DNA of 56,626 nucleotides, counting the filler, from Basidiobolus ranarum (lineage: Eukaryota), in assembly GCA_040143965.1 (NCBI GenBank). It is 6 parts of 6 records of this genome, joined end to end, with 100 filler letters (N's around TTAATTAATTAA, not from the genome) between each part and the next. Parts side by side here need not be neighbours in the genome. Positions count along the whole stretch, not along the records: positions 9,470 to 18,831 come from JASJQH010007711.1; positions 18,932 to 28,290 come from JASJQH010007712.1; 4 more parts are not named here. One strand, 5' to 3'. The notes beneath the pieces were generated by a model. That model did no database searches. It was not told the DNA's origin and saw only the letters and a program-made list of their open reading frames with translations. Position 1 is the stretch's first letter. Each line of letters begins with the position of its first letter. Below, piece by piece: positions 12,655 to 24,424 of the stretch. A program made the translations under genes and the position numbers.

Positions 12655-13938
12655 TTACTTACTTTCCCATCCGTATTATTTTTCCCTGATTCTTTTTCAT
12701 ATACGAAGCGCACAGCTATGTTACAATTCGCTTTTCTGATAAATATAGGAAACAGCATGTTGGACTTATGAGTATCAATATTAATTAGATTGATCTACAC
12801 TTGCAATATTTTATTATCCGAATCTTACATTGAAAGCAAATAGAGTACTACTGTGAATCTAGATACCCACAAGGTGATTTATTTACCAAGTGTTATATAC
12901 CGTATATTCGATGAGAAATATCGAAAAGGATAAGGTAAGTCTTTCTTCATTCCTGACTGCAAAGTACCGACTCCTTGCCCAATATTTGGGGATTTTCCTG
13001 AGAATATGATATCAATAAATATGAAAGAACATATATTTAGCCATATGTATGGGCCGATTTATCAGGTTTCAAAGTGGAATTAAACCTGGCGACTTTCACA
13101 GCGTATAACAATTTCAATGATAATGAGATTTAATGATAGAAGTAAATTATAGTACAACACTCAAATCGGGGCATAGCACAAGATAGATAATGGCGAGTAC
13201 CCTTAACCTAATCGCTATTATGGGCTAACTTATTCAGTATAGTACTGTATCCTCAGTATATGCCACTATTTTTCTCAGACAGGTTTGTTTGACTTCATTC
13301 CCATATACATATCTCGATCTGCTTCCCAATATTACTACTTCAATAACTAGTCAGCATTATATATTATAGTTTCATCACTTATTATATAGTATTAGCTAAA
13401 TACTCTAGCAACTGTAATAATCACTTCATACAGGTCTTAAAACACGGACTCATTATTAGCCATCGAGTTTTGGAAAAATGCCATACGTAACTAATCCTAT
13501 CAAAGTTAGATGAGAGAGCATGGGATAACATATGAACCCTATGTTACATCCATTTATGAGATGAAGGGATCATATTTTCAGTCTCCATACCAATTAAGAT
13601 AGCAACCTGATTCTACAATTACGATGCGGTCATAATATTCACTCAATATCAATTACCATACTAGCATATACTGTTTCTGTTATTACAAAAGACTAATAAA
13701 ATAGAAATTATCATTATCATGAACTTAATGCATAAACTAGATTTTACATTTTCCAAACAAACTGGAGTAAATCCTTACCACTTGGGCTGCAACTTTGACT
13801 AGCCATAAACAGTGGTATTGAAAACATCACTTTGTAGATACTATGGGCTATTTCTGGGAGATTAGAAACGCCAAAATTATGGAGCAATTGGTTGGAGTAA
13901 ATATGGTAGGAAGATTCCAGCTGTAAAGAAATCAGCAA

Positions 13939-14011
13939 GGGGCGTTGGCCTAATGGATAAGGCATCAGACTTCGGATCTGGGGATTGTGGGTTCGAGTCC
14001 CATGCGCCTCG
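13939..14011 (+). tRNA. tRNA-Arg(UCG) copy 6
   Basis: Identical to copy 2; shares about 45 nt of 5' flank with copy 4. Confidence 0.96.
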
Positions 14012-14649
14012 CTTTTACCACTATCATTTTTGTTTAAATAACTAAGGCGCTAATGATAGAATTGGCATAAGCTTTATGACAATTGTTGTGAAGCCAACGA
14101 CTTGAATATTGTTATACACCTAGTACTTGGTAATTTGCCTCGTTTTTGGCTTCAGTACAACTGTTTAATCCGAAGAATAATCATCATTGGGAACAAAAAA
14201 CACGAATTTTAATGCTTCATTTTGATGTGGGAAATAGTTGGAGTGTTGGACTTTTGACATTTAAAATTTAAGAAAAATATATAATCAACGAAGTAAATAC
14301 ACAAAGCGTTTCGTTTCAATAATGCGTTTCTATGTCCAAGTAGATCATATTATACTTGGTCGTGACAATCTCTTAATCCTGAATAAATTTTAAATAGTCA
14401 CAAATCGGAAAAGCTAAAATGCTATTACGGAAACCAACAATCCGGACAATTTTTATTGCAAATACTAAAAGACAAAGAAATGTCATATAGCTAGAGTGTA
14501 TAGTATCGTGTCCTAAATTTATGATTGTCAAAATAATGGAACTTTAATGCTATCTATGGTACATCAATAAACCTGATGTTAATGTAAAAGAGAGGATCAA
14601 AAGAATTGATGCTTGGGTGATGAGAAACGAAATGAGAGTGATGTTTTTT

Positions 14650-15684
14650 TTACAACTCAGATAGCATATCCTTTACTGCGTTATAATAGTCTTCATGAAC
14701 GTAGTCCTTGAGTTCTTGCTTAGTTACCCACGCAAAATCCTGGAACTTGGTGGCTTCAGGAGCAGCTTGGCCAGCGAATATGCGAGCTTTCATGAAAAAT
14801 ACCTACAGTTGAAAATTAAACACATTAATGACCAATTCTGTAGTATCTACAATAAAAATCCGTCCTACCTTAGTTCCTTTAACTTGATCATCAGACTTAG
14901 GGGCACTATAGGCGAAATGACCAATAGGTGCACGTCCAACAAACCATAAATCCATGTTGCTTCCGCATTGTTCGACAACTTCTCTCTCAGCAGCCTAGTA
15001 AAGTAATTAGACACAAGTTTCAGAAACAAGAATACTTCATATTTCAATAAATACCTCATGAAGAAGTTCACTCTTGTCGATAGGACCTTCAGGGAATTGC
15101 CAAGCACGCTCTTGACCTGTCTTTTTAACGATCAAATATAGTGTACGTTGAAGTGCTCTATCCAAGGATTGGACGTCTTTTCTTAAATCAGCAGTGGTAG
15201 TTCTAGGTGCAGGAGTAAACTGAGCATTCACGTCAGTTTCCTCAAAAGCTTCTTTAAGCTTGGAGTCTTTGTTAGCAGAACCTTTTCCGCTATGTTCTGC
15301 AAGCCATCTCTTCTCGGCAATAGAGCCTTTTTTGAAATAAAATTCAACTGGGAAGGGGGCAGATTGCTCTCTTTCTGAAATTTGTTGATGTTTAAAATAA
15401 GCTTGTTCGAAGCTAGTAGGATCTCTCAAAATGACTGGTGTACGAGTAACTACGACACCAGCGGCGACTTGATATCCATCGGGACCAACAAGATAACTCT
15501 TCTTAACAGCAGTAGCAGCTACGGTTGCAAGGGAACGCTTAGCGATGGCATCTATCGTGATAAAAAGAGGAATGAGTAACAGTTAGGAATAAATATTGAT
15601 ACAGGCTGCTAAGCGAATCCAAAAATATATACCTCTGCTAAGGAGAGAACCTACGCGGATAGTAGAAGTAACAAAGTGCTGCAT
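14650..15684 (-). CDS. MRPL46: Mitochondrial ribosomal protein mL46 (MRPL46 / yeast Mrpl17)
   Basis: Four exons (15684-15633, 15551-15055, 14994-14869, 14802-14650) with GT-AG introns splice in frame. Motifs PRTTTADLRKDVQSLDRALQRTLYLIVK, WQFP, LHEAAERE, VFFMKARIFAG and DFAWVTKQEL. Confidence 0.92.
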
Positions 15685-16500
15685 ATTTATGAAGTTGGTA
15701 TTTAAAAAATCCAAAGTATTTCCAAGTCTTGAATTCAAACGAATAAAAGCAAAGAATAAGTGGTTTGTTCTAAGTGCAACTACTAGCGTAGCTCAGAAAA
15801 AAATGAACAAAAATATTTGGATGTAAAACTCAAAATTTTCAGTAACTCTGTTCTGTGGGGAAGATATAGAATCGATCATACAATTCTGGTACGAACTAAT
15901 ATGGAATACTTACTACAAATAGTGACCCTGAATGATGTTTCAATGTTTCGACAACTATAATACCCATAATATTATTATTATGAAAAAACGCTATTGGAGC
16001 TGACTCTCGTTATGAGCCCTTTTCTTTCCTGCCAAAACATCTAAAGCTAATATAGTTTGCACTAGAATAAAGGGCTCTACACAGTAGTATCTAGCACCCA
16101 AGACCTCTCCCTAGTAGACAATACAATGGTTCAATTATATTCTTTAAGGAGTATGCCTTTTTGTGAGTTGGTTCGCATAGGCAAAGTAAGACCATACGTA
16201 CGCTTATGTACATGGCATTTCATAAACTTGAAGAATTTTTCGTATCTACTCACCACTAAAATAAATACCCATACCCACAGTGGTACGCAGATCGAGATAA
16301 TAAACATGTCCAATCAACAGAAACATCGTTTGTTCTATATATGTCTTTAATTGTCTGATATTCATCCACTATGAAGCTAAAAAAATCCACCCAGACACCA
16401 ATTGTCAGGTGAAACTCTTTACCATCTTACCTTATGCCTATATTTCGATTATTGAATCTGAAAAAATCACCTCAATGTATTGGTAAACCACATGCTTTGC

Positions 16501-16596
16501 GAACAGTAGGTGATTTATTGGCCTTTAAATTATCGGGCTGCCAGAACAGTGGGTGATTTTATTTGCTTCTAAATTATCAGACTGGTCTGAACAGTA
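16501..16596. repeat. Imperfect tandem repeat, unit about 44 nt, about 2.2 copies
   Basis: GAACAGT(A/G)GGTGATTT...TAAATTATC(G/A)G(G/A)CTG repeated at 16501 and 16544, with a partial copy at 16589. Confidence 0.75.
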
Positions 16597-17464
16597 AATC
16601 AAATCTACCAACGTGCACATACCTCCACAATTATTAAGTGTTTCATTATATACAATAGAATTCCACTGAGCTAGCCTGGATTACCGCCCCCATTGAGACA
16701 ATAATTTAGATTGACCAAAAAATCGGAGATTCAACCTATTGCTAGTTTGACCAATTATTTATACATTAAAAATATACTTTTCATATATAAGTTGTCACTA
16801 AGCTCAACATTCTCAGACTCAAGGCATGGGCGGAATATTCGAACCGGTTGAAAGCCAATAAATAGTTCCAGTATTTACAAATTAAGGTGAATTTTGGTGC
16901 TAGCAGTAGATGATTATTTCTCCATTTTGATGGATGGGATGGACAAATGGTTGGCTACCCAGCGATTAAGAATAATGTAGCTTCTTAGTGCGTTACGTAT
17001 TGTAATTCACTGTATTAATGAAATGCTCTTTTTATTTACACTACCTTGAGTTTTCATTGCCTTGAATATCTTGAACAACGTTGTGCTAAGTGAGGCGTCG
17101 GCTGCGTCAAAGGTGATTAGGGCATCGATAATTCTAGTAATTTCGGGTTAGACCAATTTAAAATACTGTTTGAATTAAAATCACGTCCAACTGACAATCA
17201 TATGGGAGACATTAAACTAATAAATCACGAAATCTTATTTTGTAAACACAAAAAGGGGATTTTATCTATACCCCAAAATCCTCTTTCTAGAAAGGATTTA
17301 AACTGCTTTCGTTTGGAAGGTGGGGATTTGCTTTGCTTAATAATTGTGCCTTGCTTTAACAAAGGTTAAAATTCGTTCTACGTTAACTTATCTTGTTTTC
17401 ACATTCTCCCCCTCATTATTATACATTACAGTTACCAGATCTCTTTTATCATCCATCTTCAAAG

Positions 17465-18831
17465 ATGTCTAACATCTACAATCATCGCCCAATGGTTCCC
17501 ACTGGGGCCGGAGGCCGAATTCCAGAGTTACTTGACGCTCTAAAGGCGGAATTTGAGCAGGTTAATCAAGATTTATCCATGTTCAAGATGCAACGCGATG
17601 AATTTGAGCACAAAAGTAAGTGAAATATACTTCCTGAGACATTAGTACAGATCTAGGTAGCTTAGTTAAGTTTAAACGCGCTTCTATCCTCCTGGGGTTT
17701 CTTACAACGCGTCAGCGTTATGGACATCACTATTCCTATTTAAAACTACTCTGCTATAAGATCACCATGCTAACTATCAGCAAATTCATGTTATTGCAGT
17801 CTCAGCTCAACTCAGCGAGATGAGTAGTTTTCAACAGAACTTATACGAACTCGAAAGGGCGCATCAGAAGATAAAACAACAGTAAGATTTGAAGATAGAG
17901 GATATGGATGATAGTTTTATCCATTAACACCATGATTTTGCTAGGTATGAAGAGGAAATTTTAAGACTTCGCCGCGAACTTGAGGGTCGAGGTGCACATC
18001 CTCAAGGCGCTGGTACTCCACATCAGGTTCACCAACCACCTCCACCTCCTAATATAGGTCATGGTCCATCTAATATCTTCAGTGGTATAATGAGTGGTAC
18101 GCAGAATGGTCCCAATTCATTGGTAGCTCCACCACAAATGATGGATCCAAATCAACAACCGCAGCAACATCCTGGATATCCCGGTCCAGGATCAGGCCCA
18201 CCAGGTTTAGCTGCTTATTCCAGTGGCGGCCCTCCTGGTACTCCTCAACAACAACCGCAATCTCTTCAGCAAGGTGGTCATCAGCCGCCCAACAAACGAT
18301 TACGAGGTGACTCAGATGCTCCTCATCCTATGAGTGGCCAAGCCCAGCCTCCAATGCAACAGCAACCTCCTATGTACGGTTCTGCTCCTGCTGCTTCACC
18401 TCCTATGGCAGGACAACCACCAAATCAAATGCCCGCCATGATGAATCAAGGCCCAGGACAGCCACCCATGGGTACATTTTAAAGTAGAATCATCTATATG
18501 CATGTTTCTAAATCTAATCACACATATTTTGTCATTTAGGTTATATGCCAAACGGTCCTCAAAATATCCCTGTGAGTATTCTTTATTTGTTGTAAAATTT
18601 TTAGATTCAGTAATACTAAGTTTTCTGAATGCCTAGATGAACCAACAGGGTCCACCTTCATCTCAACCTCCTATGGGTATGCAGGATGGTCCTCATCAAG
18701 GGCCTCCATCATCCTATCCTGGTAATGGACCTCAGATCCCCCCTAATGGCCCACCGGGCATGAATCGAAAATCTAGTAATAGTGGTCCTCCACCTCAACA
18801 ACAACAGCAGCAGCAACAACAGCAAGAGCAA
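17465..18831 (+). CDS. TUP1: General transcriptional corepressor Tup1, 5' part (Tup_N domain plus P/Q-rich region); WD40 part lost in the gap
   Basis: MSNIYNHRPMVP...RIPELLDALKAEF...QRDEFEHK|...LYELERAHQKIKQQ|YEEEILRLRRELEGRG assembles across GT-AG introns. The contig ends in a polyQ (CAA/CAG) tract. Confidence 0.9.
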
Positions 18832-18931
18832 NNNNNNNNNNNNNNNNNNNNNNNNNNNNNNNNNNNNNNNNNNNNTTAATTAATTAANNNNNNNNNNNNN
18901 NNNNNNNNNNNNNNNNNNNNNNNNNNNNNNN
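18832..18931. other. Artificial contig-joining linker
   Basis: N44-TTAATTAATTAA-N44. Confidence 0.97.
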
Positions 18932-19961
18932 CATCTAGTACCAATGCACTTGAGGATTAAAATCAAATATACGAAGAATTAAAGTCGAACGGAAAACTGA
19001 TGGTTGAATAAGTGAAAGCTATTTTTACGGTTGAGAGAATTATTGAAAGCTGAGTCAAGCTGGATAAGGTAGACAGCAGCTCAACTGACAGCACAGTCTG
19101 TCAGTAAAGTAAACCACGAAAGATATAAAGTTCTTACTATGACTTAAGTAAAAGCAAAATTCGATCGGTCATGATAGGTTGATAATAGAATGTAATAAAC
19201 CATTTTGTTAAATATGGTGTACTAATTAAGGATTTCATTCCCGTGTCCCTGGCTTATTCTCATCTATGCATTCCAGTCATGAAACTCCTCCAACCGAGAA
19301 CATGTTTGAACTGAATCTATATACCAATATTTGGGTTTCTCCTGAGCGGCCAACTAACTAAAATGGATAAACCATCTTTGAACATGGCAAGAACGGTAGG
19401 TAGGCAGAGGTAAGGGTTCAGAAATTGGAACACTTTGTGAGCTGAAAGTCTCGAGAACCTAAACAATGATTAATCAGTCGGCTTCTCTCGGCCCCTTATC
19501 TAACCCCAGCCCTGGTCCATACCATTGTTTCATAGAAAATCGAGAAAAGTTGGGCAATAATTTGGACACAAAAGTTGGCTTGGGCACTCGATAGATATTG
19601 ATATAAACTTAACAATGCACAGCAAAGAAGCCAACTAGACCAGCCTCTCACTCAGGAAACAATGTGCAGTCTAGAAAGATTATTCTACCGCCCTCACCAT
19701 CAATTTGCACAGCAACATGCATAAACTGTGATTTCATTGTTCTGTTGACGTACCATATACTGGGGAAGATCTTTTTATTAAAGGAAGATGATTGTATTTT
19801 ATTTACATCGAGGTGAGTTATCATTTAAAAATTCGAAAGCGGCTTCTAGTGTAAAATGGAAGCAAGTTGGTGTTAAACGAGACGATGAGCGCTGGAAGGG
19901 CTAATGTACAATGTACGTTCTTCGTGATCTTGCTGTCTTGAATGCACAAAAGATCAGCATT

Positions 19962-20201
19962 TCAAGCAGAGATTAATGGCGTAGCATCTGTCAGTACATT
20001 TCGGGTAGGTGAGGGGCCACCGTGGAGTTGGTCAATCTTCGTCGAGAACCGGTACTTTTCTTGTGCTGCATCAAAGTCGGTTTGAGCTTGAGATACCAAT
20101 GTACGCCCTTGGGCAATAAGTTGGGCGTCGCCAAAAATATGACCAAGAGAGGCACGAATGTAGCCGGTACTGGCGCGGGGGCTAATGTTGAGATCTTCCA
20201 T
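19962..20201 (-). CDS. Small uncharacterised protein, paralogue A (79 aa; remote CsbD-like pattern)
   Basis: MEDLNISPRASTGYIRASLGHIFGDAQLIAQG aligns without gaps to paralogues B and C. TATAAAA at 20306-20312 (minus), A at -3, AATAAA near 19775. Confidence 0.8.
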   Translation of the reverse strand: MEDLNISPRASTGYIRASLGHIFGDAQLIAQGRTLVSQAQTDFDAAQEKYRFSTKIDQLHGGPSPTRNVLTDATPLISA

Positions 20202-21780
20202 ATTGATAAAAGGAGTTGTTGAGCTTATAGCAGTTGAAGGTTGTATTGCACGAGAAGGCAGCGAAGCAGAAAATGGATTGGTAACTTGCCCTCATCACAG
20301 TTCCATTTTATACTAACTCACACAATTAGCAACCACGGTTACATGCCAACAAAGTGCCATAATCCCATTAATTTCAAGTTCGTATGACGGATTAGGAGTA
20401 TTAGTTACACTAGAACGTATTTTTAATAGACCCAAATATGTGTGGTGAAATCTAGATAATATGGCAAAATGAGTTTCCACGGTACCTGAAATGATCAATA
20501 TAAATGATTGGTCACAAGAAAACTACGATCAATTGGTCAATGAAACTTGAAGAATTCTTTTTGTTTGGATTGTTGGCTGAAACAGGTAGACGATTTTCGG
20601 ACAGATCTTGCGTACTATGCCTAATGTCAATTTTATTGCTAAATTGCATAGCTGCCACTGATCTTGGATCCGCCGAGGCTAGACCGTTCCAATTGTAACA
20701 AGGAGATATCTCAAACCTCTCACTATGCCCTCTAAATATTCTTTCTGCGGCTCAGCTAGAGGTGATGGGAATATTATGGAATTCCAGTTGTTCAATTACC
20801 CAGATGCTGCTAGTCATGGTGTTTTCTTTTCTCTTTGCCCATGATATGTGGCCAAATACGATCATATCTGGGCGAGTTTTCTTGAAAATGGTAGCGAAAC
20901 TGCCATGATACAAGGCTGTGAACATCATCTATTTGTCAGAAACATGAGTCACTCACAACTCATATCCCAGATTTGGAGTATCATTGTGGAGACTTTTAAT
21001 TTGCTGCATTTAAGCTAGCAGTTTAACCGAAGGTTTCATGAGGTTAATTTGATACGGCACTTATAATACATATACTGTATATACACTGCTATAGCGGATA
21101 CATTACAGAGTCATATATGGTTACATCAATTCTATATTTTTTCCGCTTGGCCAAAAGCGGAAAGCGATATAGATAGCTCAGGAGAACACCAATGTATTTT
21201 TAGCGCTTCATTGGAGATACATCTGAGAGTCTATCATCTGATTCGGGTGGCTATTCTAGAAACGATTTACTCTTTCATTCGAGATGGCTTAGCGAGATTT
21301 AACTGTTTAGGAGTGACTACATTGTCTAAATATATACTATTGCTTGCACAAATCGTTACAGTTGGCTGGAATTACCGCGCGTGGGAAGTGTCTACAGCTG
21401 ATCTGCTTCTTCCATTAGTTGGCATCTTGTAGCATGATATAGAGTGTAGCACGCTTCTAGCTGAAATTCGAGACTATTCGGATGTTTGCAGGTCCCGAGG
21501 TTTGATGGGACATTCAGCGATCTCCTTTTGATTCTAGAAGCTTTGGTACCGTTCACATATCATCACGAAGAAACCATCAGTAGAAACTGAAACAACTCTT
21601 TATAGTTGTAATATTACGGAGATTTATCTCGAGTTTGACTGGGAAAATATCCATATTGGGTGGGAGCTAGGTAGAGAGAGATCTTGTTAGTTTGAAACAT
21701 GTGAGGGATGTAATGGTATTTAAGAAGGTCACTTCGAAGTCTTGTTCATAAATCAACTTATTCATTCTCAAATCACAACC

Positions 21781-22011
21781 ATGGAAGATATCGCACTAAA
21801 CGCCAAAGCTAGCTCAGGATACATCCAATTGTCTTATGGCTATCTCTTCGATGACTTTGGTCTAGTAAACTCTGGAAAAGAATTGATACGGGAGGCCAAG
21901 GTAGAATACGGTGTAAAGTATAGGTGCACCACCAACAGCCATCTGAACTCCTCGGTCCCTGATCCGATTATACTTCCTTTTAACCTGTCGCAGAAACTGA
22001 TCCAATGCTAA
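21781..22011 (+). CDS. Small uncharacterised protein, paralogue B (76 aa)
   Basis: The true start is ATG 21781 (ACAACCATGG), giving MEDIALNAKASSGYIQLSYGYLFDDFGLVNSGKELI. TATTTAA at 21717-21723; AATAAA near 22248. Confidence 0.8.
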   Translation: MEDIALNAKASSGYIQLSYGYLFDDFGLVNSGKELIREAKVEYGVKYRCTTNSHLNSSVPDPIILPFNLSQKLIQC

Positions 22012-22956
22012 CTCTAAATCAATCCTTTATGGGACCATTCGCTGTATCAATATTCCACCAACATAGTCACAAGTCTATTCACGTCCCAGTCCACACCAAG
22101 AATTGAATACGTATCTAGCTGGCCGTAGGTTCAAAGCCAGCATTGCACAGAATTGTATACAACCACAATATTTCACCAAGTCCTTTATCGGATCGTATTT
22201 ACTCTTCTGATCCGTACCAAAATGAATGTATAATTTCAATCTGTTGTAATAAAGCAACTGACTTTTTTGTTGAAGAGTTGGTTAGTTTGTATGAGAATAG
22301 AGCAGTGATGGCTTCGTGATCTCCGCAGTACTTCAGTTTTGTATTGTCTCGTTTGCGCCCCCTATCAAGAATACGTCAGTGTTATCAGTACCCAGTTATT
22401 TAATATAGTTGTTGGTCACGTAGCGGTTCTCGTGGTCAATATCAAGGCGTGTTGATGCGAAACACTATCACCATTTAAGCTCAAGTTCAGAGGATCTTTT
22501 TGTCTAGAAGTATGATTATTCAATCACATGAAACCAAGTTTCTTCGTAGATAGGGTCCTACCCCATCAGGCGATAGAGGATGATCGTTCGGCTAATTCGT
22601 TCAATTTGCATATCCACTCACATGCCGCACGATTCCTACCTCCCACCTATATCCGTGTCGACCATGTTCCGATCAACAATCTGGGTCCTTGCTGAATATT
22701 ATCGTCTTCCGTAGCCAGATGACTTCGGATATAAGTCGTTTATTACGTAGAGAAGGGTTTCTTTCAGTACGAACCAAATATAACAAAGTTCATACTATAT
22801 GTAACATGTCTAACCAAGAACAGTTCCCGTATTTTGCTTTTAACCAATGGATATTTTCTACAATAGTTGAGATGGTTTATTACATATAGTGAGGTATTAT
22901 ATATTACAGTGCCACCAGAAGGGTTCTCGTGACTGCTAATTCATGTTGGGTCCAAA

Positions 22957-23190
22957 CTAGACAGCAGCGGTCGAAACTGGCATTTTACTTTCCAAATATA
23001 ACTGGCGTTTAGGGGCGCAAGGAACAATACTTTTCGACTTCTCCATTGTCTTGAGTTGGTCATAGTTCTGGTGGCTTATCTTGATGGTGGCTTTCCCCTC
23101 CTTCATAAGTTCGTGGTTACCCAGAACGCAACTGAAAGAAGCTTGGATATAGCCAGTGCTGGCTTGAAGATTAATGTGAAGCTCGTCCAT
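22957..23190 (-). CDS. Small uncharacterised protein, paralogue C (77 aa)
   Basis: MDELHINLQASTGYIQASFSCVLGNHELMKEGKATI. TATAAAA at 23266-23272 (minus), pyrimidine-rich leader, CCAACATGG start context. Confidence 0.8.
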   Translation of the reverse strand: MDELHINLQASTGYIQASFSCVLGNHELMKEGKATIKISHQNYDQLKTMEKSKSIVPCAPKRQLYLESKMPVSTAAV

Positions 23191-24424
23191 GTTGGATTTG
23201 TAGCAGGGAGAGGAAAGTGACAGTGAGTGTGGATACTCAATACTCAGTGAGAGCTACAACCTTGATTTTATATGCTACTACCACTACATCCTTGCCGATA
23301 CATCAGAACCACGACACCGTAGTCTATATTAAGTAACCAGCAGCAGATTCCATCCGAACGAAAACCTCAAGCTTTTGGGGAAAGTCAGCATTCAATCCAA
23401 GCCACATCGGCTGAATGAAAAAGATGTTTTTCGAACTTGGCTATGTCGACCGATGTTTTTGGGATTGAGTAACCATTCAGATAGATTTAGGCCACTCATG
23501 ATACAATATGGAAATGAGGATATCAGATGAAATCAGCGGCCTCTTCTACTTCATTTAGTTATATGATCGATTTACTATGTCCTTATATACAATAACGTCT
23601 GGTATCCTATTTTGTGGGGAAGGTGTGATCGAACGGAGTTTGTTCTCGTTACTATAATTATACCAGTGTTATACAGAGTTGTTGAAGCGTAGGCCAGATA
23701 GGAACGATAGTTGTAACACTTGAGATTTACATCTCCTTGACGGTATGCTTGGATTCACTCAGATGATCTACCATAAATTATGACTTGTGCTCGGCAGAGT
23801 AACTCATCTCAGATTATTGTTAGTAGAGCATATATCACTAATAGACATACAAGTATCCGACCTTTTGCGGCTACATCGTGACTTCCTTTCTAATGAATGG
23901 GAGGTTCAGTGCACACATTCAATAAACTGTATCTTTATAGCCTCAATTGCTCTACATGCAACCACGTTCTAAGCTAATTAAATCAAATTGAGGGATTCCC
24001 AGGATGAAATAATATCATCAACTGTAGCATCTTTCTCCTGACTTTCTGTGTTCTTTGCATTCGATCTTCAGATGAAGTAATGCCACTTTTCTTGAAATAT
24101 CTACCACCTGGATCTTGCAGGATCCGCATATTCAGATGTTCCAATTCCATGAAAAGGGGTTGCCTGAACCTTTCAAACTAATGTGATCACCCAATCTACG
24201 GCCAATTGGAGTGTTTTTATACACACATATCACTATTATTCTTAGAGTCTTTGTCTTTCATATTGAACTTTGTTGAAACACATACGTATACGTACACCAA
24301 AGGTTGCTTTGTATTATCAAGGATTGTTTTTTCGCTTCCATAGAGGGCACTAGTCTAATAGAGAAAAAGCCCTTCAGCTTTATCTACTCAAGCATTCGCA
24401 CACGCTCTAGAGCAAAAACTTAAT

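Noticed and set aside
10312-13965. ORFs 10312-10536, 12273-12467 and 13744-13965
   Set aside because: They overlap tRNA genes, have no recognisable motifs and are chance frames.
9470-14011. CRISPR-like repeat-spacer array
   Set aside because: The repeats are 73-nt tRNA genes in both orientations with 0.3-1.3 kb spacers, in a eukaryotic context with no cas genes.
14660-14680. ATATCCTT as a U12-type intron donor
   Set aside because: It is on the strand opposite the MRPL46 coding exon. No U12-type intron was needed in any gene model.
19962-23190. The small-gene trio as mating pheromone or RiPP precursors
   Set aside because: No CAAX ends (PLISA, LIQC, STAAV), no signal peptide, no KR-flanked repeats, and no processing enzymes or receptors on the contig.
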